Of a stretch of DNA of 64,000 nucleotides, positions 50,120 through 58,378 are shown in pieces; the stretch's first letter is position 1, and each line of letters starts with the position of its first letter. The DNA is taken from the IMG/VR virus record IMGVR_UViG_2595698914_000001, positions 64,001 through 128,000 of that record, one strand, 5' to 3'. The position numbers were made by a program, and so were the translations under genes. The notes under the pieces are model-generated. The model saw only the letters and a list, made by a program, of their open reading frames with translations. It did no database searches and was not told the origin of the DNA. This DNA comes from a virus (Duplodnaviria > Caudoviricetes).

Positions 50120-52270
50120 ATGGCGATATTATTCGAGGCCGATTGGGACAAATACCCAACGGCTATAATTCATAATAGTACAAAGAATAAGAGCTGGCGT
50201 AGAATGGCATTCATGTACCGTGATGGATTTGGTATTAAGAACTACAAATGGCCACTAGCTTTAATTAATCCAACATTAGAACATGTAGACCCACATAGTA
50301 AAGATTTAACAGATAGACAGAAGTTAGATATTATTCACGAATGTTCTATCAACCCATGGTACTTCTATAGAGAAGTATTATTGATACCAGCTAAAATCGG
50401 TATACAGCATAATAAATTCAGAGTAGACCGTGGAACACTAGCCACTTTATGGTGTTATCATAATCATATAGATAGTACTAACATCCAATTACGTCAAACT
50501 GGTAAGACGATTAAGATTGAAGGCGTCGCTATATGGTTAATAACTGTTGGTACATTTAACACTACAGTTCTATACGGAACTATTGACCGTAGTAAACAAA
50601 CCGACTGTGTTAGAAGTATAAAAGAAAAACTATCTATATTACCAGATTACATCTACAGTCCGGTTAAAGGTAAAGACTACGATAATCAGGTAGGTGTATC
50701 TAATGTACGTCGTAAGAACTATATCGAATTTGCTATTGGACAAAAAGATAAACGTGTAGCAACTAGTGCTGGTCGTGGTTACTCTCTTGCAAATAAAATC
50801 TGGGATGAGGTTGCAGAGATGATTAACGCACATCTATCTATAGGTGCTGCAAGTAACAGTAGTAATGCTGTAATAGACCAAGCTCGTGAACTAGATGAAC
50901 CTTATGGAAGTATCTTTGCATGTACCGCAGGTTCTTTAGATAGGGTTGAGGGTCAATTCTATCATGGACTAGCCAATAGTGGTATGTCGTGGAATGAGAT
51001 TCTATTAGACTGTATTAATGAAGAAGACCTACGTGAGACAGTAGGTGCTAACTCTAAAGACAGACTAGCTCCTCTAGTAGATATTACAATGTCGTGGCGT
51101 CAGTTAGGTATAAAAGAAGAACGATTCAGAGAAATAATAGCACTCTCTAAACGTGAAGCTAACGGTGACATGGATAAGGTTAAACGTGAATGTTATTCTA
51201 TATGGTCACGTGGTTCTGTATCTAACCCGTTGGATAAGAAACAAATTGAAACTATCTTTAATAGTGAATGTGAACCGGATAGACATGAACGTACAAAAGA
51301 AAAAGTTATCGTTCGTTGGTATCGTAGTGCAGAAGTTATATCTAGATTAGCAGATGATGGTAAGATTGGTATAGGTGTCGATACTTCTCAAGGGGTTAAT
51401 AAAGATGCTTGTAGTGTAACTATTAGTAACTTAGCTAACTTAGAAGTTATAGGTCGTGCTGATATTAGTAAGATTAACTTACGTACATACGCTGACTTCA
51501 TTAGTAAACTATTAATTTCTATACCTAATTCATTATTAGTAATTGAGAATAAGGCAAGTGGTCAAGCTATAATAGACGCTTGTATACTCGCACTACATGC
51601 TATTGGTGAAGACCCATTTGAACGTATATATAATAATATATATCAAGACCCAGAACGATACAGTAAAGCATACGAGACTATACAGAATACTCCTATGCGT
51701 AAACGTTCGGTTGAGTTCTATAATGAGTATAAAGGTTTATTTGGATTTTCTACTAATGCTCAATTACGTCAACGTCTATATGATGAAGTATTAACTGAGT
51801 CAGTTAAGTACGCAGCAAGTGTAATTAGGGATAGAACTTTATCTGGTCAGTTAAGGGTATTGGAAGAGAAGAACGGTAGAGTCGACCATCCATCTGGCGG
51901 ACACGATGATGCTGTTATATCTTGGCTACTTATAAACTGGTTCTGTTTATACGGTCGTAACCACAAGAAGTATTCTATCTCAGGACAGTATATTTTAAGT
52001 GAAGCTGTATCTACTGAAGATGGTAACTATGATGAAGCCGAATATCAACGTCAACAAGAAATCAATTACCTAACAACAATTATCCCTACTCTTGAAGAAG
52101 AGTATCGTCTTAATTACGATACCATGTACGGTATTAGTATAAAAGACAAGATAGTTAAGGTGTATGATAGATTAGAGATGTTAGGCTCTACTGCTAAGAA
52201 CATTGACCAATTACTGAATGACCTTAAAGAAGAAGGTAAACGTAATAAGAAGATGGGTAAGCGTAGGTAG
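50120..52270 (+). CDS. terL: Terminase large subunit (phiKZ gp25-like)
   Basis: Walker A RQTGKT, Walker B IWDE, nuclease IGVDTS and GHDDAVISW. Confidence 0.92.
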   Translation: MAILFEADWDKYPTAIIHNSTKNKSWRRMAFMYRDGFGIKNYKWPLALINPTLEHVDPHSKDLTDRQKLDIIHECSINPWYFYREVLLIPAKIGIQHNKFRVDRGTLATLWCYHNHIDSTNIQLRQTGKTIKIEGVAIWLITVGTFNTTVLYGTIDRSKQTDCVRSIKEKLSILPDYIYSPVKGKDYDNQVGVSNVRRKNYIEFAIGQKDKRVATSAGRGYSLANKIWDEVAEMINAHLSIGAASNSSNAVIDQARELDEPYGSIFACTAGSLDRVEGQFYHGLANSGMSWNEILLDCINEEDLRETVGANSKDRLAPLVDITMSWRQLGIKEERFREIIALSKREANGDMDKVKRECYSIWSRGSVSNPLDKKQIETIFNSECEPDRHERTKEKVIVRWYRSAEVISRLADDGKIGIGVDTSQGVNKDACSVTISNLANLEVIGRADISKINLRTYADFISKLLISIPNSLLVIENKASGQAIIDACILALHAIGEDPFERIYNNIYQDPERYSKAYETIQNTPMRKRSVEFYNEYKGLFGFSTNAQLRQRLYDEVLTESVKYAASVIRDRTLSGQLRVLEEKNGRVDHPSGGHDDAVISWLLINWFCLYGRNHKKYSISGQYILSEAVSTEDGNYDEAEYQRQQEINYLTTIIPTLEEEYRLNYDTMYGISIKDKIVKVYDRLEMLGSTAKNIDQLLNDLKEEGKRNKKMGKRR

Positions 52271-52302
52271 GCTTATAAAGATTCGTGAAGGAATAAACTA
52301 CA

Positions 52303-52767
52303 ATGATAGTTTTCAAAGGTAAAGAAGTATCAGCGTGGACTTTAGCTAAACGGTATAATATTAGCGCCACAACGATTATGCGTAGATGGAATGAAGGTTT
52401 AAGGGATGAGAAGTTAATCAAGAAGCCTAAGAAGCCAGTTAAGGTTAAGTATAAGAATAAGTTTTATACTTTACGTCAGTTAGCATCAGTGACCAGTATA
52501 CCCTACGGTACTCTTAAAGGTAGACATATGTCTGGTTTACGTGGGGATAAGTTATGTAATGCTACTCATGCTAGAACTGGTGCTATTCATAATGGTCCTA
52601 AGTTAACTCCCGATAAAGTAATGGATATCTATTCCATGGCTCATAAAGAAATGTATTCTCAAGATGTAATTGCGGATATATTTAAAATCGACCAATCGAC
52701 TGTTAGTGATATTAAGTTAGGTAGACGTTGGTCTTCTGTAACTAAACATACTAGAAATACACAGTAG
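52303..52767 (+). CDS. Basic multi-HTH DNA-binding protein, homing-endonuclease-associated type, no nuclease domain visible
   Basis: LAKRYNISATTIMRR, LASVTSIPYGTLKGR, IADIFKIDQSTVSDIK.GRRW. Confidence 0.7.
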   Translation: MIVFKGKEVSAWTLAKRYNISATTIMRRWNEGLRDEKLIKKPKKPVKVKYKNKFYTLRQLASVTSIPYGTLKGRHMSGLRGDKLCNATHARTGAIHNGPKLTPDKVMDIYSMAHKEMYSQDVIADIFKIDQSTVSDIKLGRRWSSVTKHTRNTQ

Positions 52768-52870
52768 ATAGTATATATGTTAGATGGATACTCCTTGCTA
52801 TTGTTAATGCCATACATCTAACAAATTTCCAATACATCATGCTGGATGGATTGGTTTGAGGTGCGATTTT

Positions 52871-52900
52871 AGGAGGAGGGAAACCTCCTCCTCTTTTTTT
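52871..52900 (+). terminator. Intrinsic terminator
   Basis: AGGAGGAGG-gaaa-CCTCCTCCT plus T7. Confidence 0.85.
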
Positions 52901-52958
52901 GTTCGAAATTAATATGTTATCGCATATCACCTAATTACCACAGAGAGGGTATTCATCA

Positions 52959-54557
52959 ATGGATATTACCAAGTCCCCATTTAATATAAGTCTGTTAAAC
53001 AATAGCAGACACGTAATACGTAACCTATCACCTATAACCTCTACAGATATCTATGAGGGAACTAGTAAGAAGTTAAATGATGATGGTTTGTTTAGTACCG
53101 TTATCTTCGGTAGACCAGCCGAAGAACGTCGTCACAACACTTTTAGCTATGTAGACTTACGTACAGAAATAATGCACCCTATCCTTTATAATAACATAGA
53201 GAAGATAGCTAGTTCATACGCTAAGATTTGTACTGGTACCATGTACGCTAAGTGGGATGATAAGAAAAAGATATTTATAGAATCAGATGCTATTGACGGT
53301 GATACTGGTTTTAGTTTCTTTATGAAGCACTTTAAAGATATTAAGTTTGAACGTAATGATAGTGAACTACGTACGCTTCGTATAGATGTACTAGATAAGT
53401 TCCGTGAAACAGGTGTTTATGATTTCGTATTAGTATCTCCTGCGGGTATACGCGACATCGAAGAAGATGCTAAGGGTTCATTATCTCAAGATGAGATAAA
53501 CGAATATTACCGTAACTTAGTTAGTTTATCTAAGAACATAGATACCACCTTTAAAGATAATAAGTTTAATGATGGTACTAAGTTATTAATGCAGCGTAAC
53601 TTTAACTGTATATATAATCTACTGTTTAGTTATCTAGATGGTAAACGTGGTATAACCCAGGATAAGTTCTCTAAGCGTAAAATAGAAAACGGTACACGTA
53701 GCGTATTATCTCCTATTGATTTAAGCGTAGAGGATATGAACGGTCCTCAGTCTATTACAATGCTTAATACAGTAGTTGGTTTATGGCAAACGTGTAAGGG
53801 TTGTTTACCTATAACACAGTACTCATTTAAACATCCTCTAATTGATAATACTTTCTTCGGTGATAATACCGTATTAGTTATTAATAAGAAGACACTTAAA
53901 TTAGAACGTAAGCCAGTACCAGTTAAGTTTAAAGAACAGTTTACAACGGAAGAAGGCGTTAATACATTACTTAACAAATTCGAGTCTATTGAACTTAGGA
54001 ATAAACCACTACTTATTTCAGGTGGTTATATGGCTATGGTTTATCAAGATGATGTTGGCTTTAAGATAATTAAAGATATAGAAACTGTGCCTGAGAGTAA
54101 GTTAGATAAGTTACATCCAATGACTTACGGTGAATTACTTTACTACTTAGCTAAACCTAACCTTAAGAACAAACCAATCTGGACAACACGTTTCCCTTAT
54201 ACAGGTGTAGATAGTACTTCTCCAGGTATCCCTTATATTAAGACAACTACTAAGGGTCTATCATTAAAAGAATACGATGATAATTGGGAACTTATAGATA
54301 ACGACACTTATAATGAGTGGCCTATCCCTAAGTTAGGTTGGGTAGAGACTCTTATACCACACAGCTCACGCTTAGCTGCTAAAGGTGGAGACCATGATGG
54401 TGACACGGGTTCTGGAGATTTCACTTATAGCGATGAATCAGTTAAAGAAGTACACGATTATCTTAACAACCTAGATACATGGTTTGTAGATGGTAAGGTC
54501 AGATTCTTCGGTAGTACTGAAACGTTAGCGTGGGTCTTTAAGTCTATGAGTATGTAA
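52959..54557 (+). CDS. Virion RNA polymerase beta' subunit, catalytic part (phiKZ gp180-like)
   Basis: DDGLFSTVIFG, IMHP, PAGIRD, GTRSVL, TRFP, metal-binding DHDGD. Confidence 0.88.
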   Translation: MDITKSPFNISLLNNSRHVIRNLSPITSTDIYEGTSKKLNDDGLFSTVIFGRPAEERRHNTFSYVDLRTEIMHPILYNNIEKIASSYAKICTGTMYAKWDDKKKIFIESDAIDGDTGFSFFMKHFKDIKFERNDSELRTLRIDVLDKFRETGVYDFVLVSPAGIRDIEEDAKGSLSQDEINEYYRNLVSLSKNIDTTFKDNKFNDGTKLLMQRNFNCIYNLLFSYLDGKRGITQDKFSKRKIENGTRSVLSPIDLSVEDMNGPQSITMLNTVVGLWQTCKGCLPITQYSFKHPLIDNTFFGDNTVLVINKKTLKLERKPVPVKFKEQFTTEEGVNTLLNKFESIELRNKPLLISGGYMAMVYQDDVGFKIIKDIETVPESKLDKLHPMTYGELLYYLAKPNLKNKPIWTTRFPYTGVDSTSPGIPYIKTTTKGLSLKEYDDNWELIDNDTYNEWPIPKLGWVETLIPHSSRLAAKGGDHDGDTGSGDFTYSDESVKEVHDYLNNLDTWFVDGKVRFFGSTETLAWVFKSMSM

Positions 54558-54582
54558 TTATAGACTAAGGAGTAATTTAATT

Positions 54583-55050
54583 ATGGCTAATAATGAATTT
54601 GTAAGTGGTACGTTTAATGTTAGATTGAGTAAAGGTAAGTTCTTATTCACCTACAGATGTAATACGGTGCTATTTAGTAATAGAGACGTTGAGAGAGATG
54701 TAGAGTTATTCGTAGATAAGTTAACTCAATGTTTAAGGTCTCTTAAACCTAAGGTATCCGAATCTACATCTAGAACTGTAGTATCTTGTCGATTAAGTAA
54801 CAATGTAATGCTGGAAATAGTGGTGTGTACTTTAACTAATACTATCTTAAGTATGGGCCTGTCTGACCTAGACCTAAAGACTAATGTTAGTATAGTATTC
54901 TTAGATAGAGTTGTTGAAATTATAGACCTATCTGATGGATACGAACATTCCACTAATAACCTTAGTACAGACGAGAAAGCTATAAGTATGTTTGTTGAAT
55001 CTATTTGCGAAAGTATATCTAATATTAGTATGGTTAATTCTATTGTGTGA
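54583..55050 (+). CDS. Hypothetical protein
   Basis: 155 aa, AAGGAG RBS. Confidence 0.7.
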   Translation: MANNEFVSGTFNVRLSKGKFLFTYRCNTVLFSNRDVERDVELFVDKLTQCLRSLKPKVSESTSRTVVSCRLSNNVMLEIVVCTLTNTILSMGLSDLDLKTNVSIVFLDRVVEIIDLSDGYEHSTNNLSTDEKAISMFVESICESISNISMVNSIV

Positions 55051-55057
55051 TTAGAGT

Positions 55058-55087
55058 TTTATAACCCTATATTATATAAGTGAATTA
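55058..55087 (+). promoter_or_regulatory. Putative early promoter P6
   Basis: TTTATA-accc-TATATTAT-ataa-GTGAATTA. Confidence 0.75.
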
Positions 55088-55122
55088 ACCAATTAAATTA
55101 AACCAATCAGGAGAATTTCCAC

Positions 55123-55290
55123 ATGGCTAAATATACCGTAGTACGTTACATTGAAGTAGATGGCGAGCGTGTAGTTTTAAAGACTAATCCAGCAGAGCAA
55201 TTGTTTATGGGTTTAGAAGTAGGTAAACCTATTAAAGCGGGTTCGCATAAAGGTCATACCACATTCGTTGTTGTAGAAGAAAACAAATAA
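55123..55290 (+). CDS. 55-aa early protein (not in ORF track)
   Basis: AGGAG RBS; MAKYTVVRYIEVDGERVVLKTNPAEQLFMGLEVGKPIKAGSHKGHTTFVVVEENK*; flanked by promoter and hairpin. Confidence 0.8.
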   Translation: MAKYTVVRYIEVDGERVVLKTNPAEQLFMGLEVGKPIKAGSHKGHTTFVVVEENK

Positions 55291-55297
55291 CTTAACA

Positions 55298-55327
55298 AAT
55301 AGAGTAGTCCATATGGACTACTCTATT
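55298..55327 (+). terminator. Hairpin / probable terminator
   Basis: AATAGAGTAGTCC-atat-GGACTACTCTATT. Confidence 0.75.
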
Positions 55328-55356
55328 AAACTCAATTTAATAAGGAATTTATTTTT

Positions 55357-55599
55357 ATGTTAATTATACTAGTCGCTCCGTTCATCTGTCTGTATCGAAT
55401 TCTAATGGACTTAGTTAACACAGTAGTAGAGTTTATCCTATGGGTAGTAGTATCTGCATGTACACTGCTTATAGAGAGCGTATACTATATATTAACTGGG
55501 TTATCCTGGATAACTAATAAGTTATACTTACTAGAGATAACGCTGTTTGCTATTTTCCTATATATACTAGACTTATCGTTTAGTATGAATATCTTATAA
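55357..55599 (+). CDS. Small hydrophobic membrane protein
   Basis: 80 aa, almost entirely hydrophobic; AAGGA RBS. Confidence 0.6.
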   Translation: MLIILVAPFICLYRILMDLVNTVVEFILWVVVSACTLLIESVYYILTGLSWITNKLYLLEITLFAIFLYILDLSFSMNIL

Positions 55600-55614
55600 T
55601 AGCTAACCTAAATA

Positions 55615-55644
55615 TTTACACTCCTATATTATTAGGGTGAATTA
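55615..55644 (+). promoter_or_regulatory. Putative early promoter P7
   Basis: TTTACA-ctcc-TATATTAT-tagg-GTGAATTA. Confidence 0.75.
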
Positions 55645-55712
55645 AGTACTACTAATTTTAGATTAACAATAAAGGAGCATTATATGACTCTTACTAAATG
55701 GAGTAATTTAAG

Positions 55713-56078
55713 ATGGATGATAGGAGGAAGTACTCAGAATACATCTTAGGTAATGCTAGGTGTATTGAATCTATTACCAAAGAAGAACTATACTCAGTTC
55801 CAAAAAGGGCTGGTGATGTTCTGTACATCTGGCGCAAGTGCTTTATAAAAACACTCATCATACATAAGATGCAGGTAGATGATTTTAAAGTAGCGTATAA
55901 TGAATTTAAGTTAGGTAATAAGACTCGTATCTTAGAACTTAGAATATTACCACCGCCGTTATTGTTATGTAAACGGTTAGCATTATTATATATGCAAGGT
56001 CTCTTCTATACAGCATTTAAGCGCGACATAGAAGAAGAGCTTAAGCAACAAAAAAGATTTTTAACCACAATCGAATAA
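55713..56078 (+). CDS. Hypothetical protein
   Basis: 121 aa after promoter P7. Confidence 0.65.
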   Translation: MDDRRKYSEYILGNARCIESITKEELYSVPKRAGDVLYIWRKCFIKTLIIHKMQVDDFKVAYNEFKLGNKTRILELRILPPPLLLCKRLALLYMQGLFYTAFKRDIEEELKQQKRFLTTIE

Positions 56079-56116
56079 TCGATTTATAATACAAACCCAT
56101 AAGAAGGAAATACCAA

Positions 56117-56512
56117 ATGTCTAATTTATCAAAAGCACAAGCAGCAATCACTGTAGCACTAGGTACAATTGTCGATGGTGAACTACCATTAGAAATCACT
56201 AATGATTCTGATGAATTTAAGAAAGCCGAAGAAAGTTATGTAAAAGCTACTACATTCCGCGATGGTATGGTTGGTGCTCTAACAACTACAGTTGCTAATA
56301 CAGCGAAAGAACAGTTTGAAGAAAATGAAGAAATCGAAGTTGTATCCGGTTCTATGGAATTCGGTCCTACTACTTTAGGCGCTACAGTTTACCGTAACTT
56401 CAAAGTTAAAGGTGACGAAGGCGATGAGTCAATTGCTAACCATGTAGTTGTAACATCTCAAGATGACTTCACTAATACTGTGAACGATGCGCTTGAAGGT
56501 ATCTTCGAATAA
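56117..56512 (+). CDS. Acidic hypothetical protein, probably abundant
   Basis: 131 aa; translation-initiation region identical to that of the chimallin gene. Confidence 0.8.
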   Translation: MSNLSKAQAAITVALGTIVDGELPLEITNDSDEFKKAEESYVKATTFRDGMVGALTTTVANTAKEQFEENEEIEVVSGSMEFGPTTLGATVYRNFKVKGDEGDESIANHVVVTSQDDFTNTVNDALEGIFE

Positions 56513-56532
56513 CAGAATACCTAACCCGATAA

Positions 56533-56569
56533 AGCGGTCTTCCTTCGGGAAGACTGTCTTTATTTTTTT
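56533..56569 (+). terminator. Intrinsic terminator
   Basis: GCGGTCTTCC-ttcg-GGAAGACTGT plus T-rich tail. Confidence 0.8.
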
Positions 56570-56601
56570 ATCCAGATTAAACTATACAGGAAATACCCGT
56601 T

Positions 56602-56910
56602 ATGAGTACATTCGTAATGAAAGATTTATTAGTTCTAGTTAAGATATTGTTAAGTGGTGATTATACTATCGAAACTGATAGTGGGGAAGTTGTAGATGTG
56701 GGTAATGAATCATTCTATACAGGTAACTTCTTCGTAGGTAATGATATAGTTACGTGTAAGATACCATCTACTGTTATAGAACAGTTAGGTGGTTTTAAGT
56801 TTATAATATCCAACTCTAAAGAATATTATAATGCCTTACTAGGTAACAAAGCTAAGGAACATATAAAGGAATCTATAAATAGTTTAAGTATGACCATGAG
56901 TACCAGATAA
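56602..56910 (+). CDS. Hypothetical protein
   Basis: 102 aa, AGGA RBS. Confidence 0.7.
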   Translation: MSTFVMKDLLVLVKILLSGDYTIETDSGEVVDVGNESFYTGNFFVGNDIVTCKIPSTVIEQLGGFKFIISNSKEYYNALLGNKAKEHIKESINSLSMTMSTR

Positions 56911-57335
56911 TGTCTAAGTTAATGGATGATGCGTTAGAAGTGTTGTATAATATGGAACGTAGTAAGCTTATAGAAACCAATAATGGTTTAGACTTTAAGC
57001 TCTCGCATTCGTTCCGCGCTAATCTCAGAGACAATACTACGGTAGTATCAACGTATATAACTTTCTTAGAGGACTTAGTATTAGTTAATGGTATTAACAA
57101 TATTTACCTCAAAGGTAAACTACGTGATGATGTGGAAATTAAATCTATTGAATCTGTAGCGAGCTGCTTTATAGACGGGGATAATGTCTTACTTCTACGT
57201 AAGAGTAATATGGGGATTAGTATATTTGTTGAAGATAGACCAACGCAAACTATTACCTTAAAGGGTAATCAGCCATCGTTCTGTATCTATGCAGATAAAC
57301 TAATTGTGAATAGTAAATTTAAAGAGGGTGAATAA
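56910..57335 (+). CDS. Degenerate dUTPase-fold protein 1 (weakest of three)
   Basis: ITFLEDLVLVNG...GISIFVE...TITLKGNQP pattern; no dUTPase catalytic motifs. Confidence 0.45.
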   Translation: MSKLMDDALEVLYNMERSKLIETNNGLDFKLSHSFRANLRDNTTVVSTYITFLEDLVLVNGINNIYLKGKLRDDVEIKSIESVASCFIDGDNVLLLRKSNMGISIFVEDRPTQTITLKGNQPSFCIYADKLIVNSKFKEGE

Positions 57336-57338
57336 CTT

Positions 57339-57719
57339 ATGGCATCTATATTAGTAAAGTATGAAAATCAAGGTTTATCTCACCCACCTACCTCAGTTCC
57401 CTGTGGACTATGGAAAACTACATTTTACGCTCAGGATGATATTACTATACGTTGCGAGATGGTGCAGCTAGTCCCGCTAAAGATGATGTTTGATATTAAA
57501 CAACTTCTAGGGTTTATAGTTGCACCTATGTATATGGGTAATTCTCTTAATATAGGTTCTAGTATTGTAGTACGTAACAACCAAGTACATATTGCATTAC
57601 TGGAAGCACCGTTAGGAGCTAAGACCGCTAAGTACGATGAAGTAGTATATATCAGAAAGGGTGAACCATTAGTAGCTATACATAGCTTAGATGAAATAGT
57701 ATTTGAAGAGGTATTATAG
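57339..57719 (+). CDS. Degenerate dUTPase-fold protein 2
   Basis: ILVK..PPT..FYAQDDITI..VQLVPL..VHIALL..YIRKGEPLVAI..FEEV follows the trimeric dUTPase scaffold; motifs I-V absent. Confidence 0.65.
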   Translation: MASILVKYENQGLSHPPTSVPCGLWKTTFYAQDDITIRCEMVQLVPLKMMFDIKQLLGFIVAPMYMGNSLNIGSSIVVRNNQVHIALLEAPLGAKTAKYDEVVYIRKGEPLVAIHSLDEIVFEEVL

Positions 57720-57720
57720 T

Positions 57721-58329
57721 ATGTACCTAAGTTTATTCTCTAGTTCTTCTGGTGAGATAGTATCTATCAAAGTTCTAAAAGACTTAGTTCTGTTACCAGA
57801 TATAGTATATACTGTACCTATCCCATGTACACCTAAGATGAGTGATGTGTTAAGTGGGTGTGTTAAAACATTATTGATTGAAGGTATTACTATTGGTGAT
57901 AACTTCATGTTATATAATGGCACTTACCATGTTATAATCTCCGCTACTAGAACAACCGTATTACCTAAGGACAACTTTATAGTAGAGTATAAGGGTATGG
58001 GTTTAAAAGATGTATCTATAACTAATCCTACTTTAGGTACTGAGTTAACTGATAACTTCTTTGAACGTTTAAATGACCTAATAGGTTATTGGTCTAAAGA
58101 CGATGAGGAAGTAAGAGAGAAGTTAGAAAGCTTCTGTTTTAGTATGTTGGTTGAAATGGATGGTGGTGGTAGTTCTTCTGGTTACGAATTAAGTGGTTAT
58201 GGTTGTTTTGAATCTGCTGTAGATGGCTTAGTGGAACAGTGTCAATATACATTACCTAATACATTACTATATGGGGATGGTGCCTTACATGAACTATGGT
58301 ATCCGTTCTTAGACGATGTTAAGAAATGA
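57721..58329 (+). CDS. Degenerate dUTPase-fold protein 3 with extra C-terminal domain
   Basis: IKVLKDLVLLPDIVYTVP..EGITIG..YNGTYHVII..TTVLPKDNFIVE; C-terminal YWS..REKLE.F.FS.LV.MDGG..LHE domain; start set to ATG 57721. Confidence 0.55.
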   Translation: MYLSLFSSSSGEIVSIKVLKDLVLLPDIVYTVPIPCTPKMSDVLSGCVKTLLIEGITIGDNFMLYNGTYHVIISATRTTVLPKDNFIVEYKGMGLKDVSITNPTLGTELTDNFFERLNDLIGYWSKDDEEVREKLESFCFSMLVEMDGGGSSSGYELSGYGCFESAVDGLVEQCQYTLPNTLLYGDGALHELWYPFLDDVKK

Positions 58330-58339
58330 TATTAAACAT

Positions 58340-58375
58340 AAATAGAGGAGAGCTTGCGCTCTCCCTTATTTTTTT
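58340..58375. terminator. Terminator, AAATAGAGGAGAGC family copy 3
   Basis: GGAGAGC-ttgc-GCTCTCC then cttaTTTTTTT. Confidence 0.8.
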
Positions 58376-58378
58376 GTT

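Noticed and set aside
52303-52767. Active homing endonuclease or mobile element
   Set aside because: No nuclease motif and no flanking repeats; kept only as an HTH protein.
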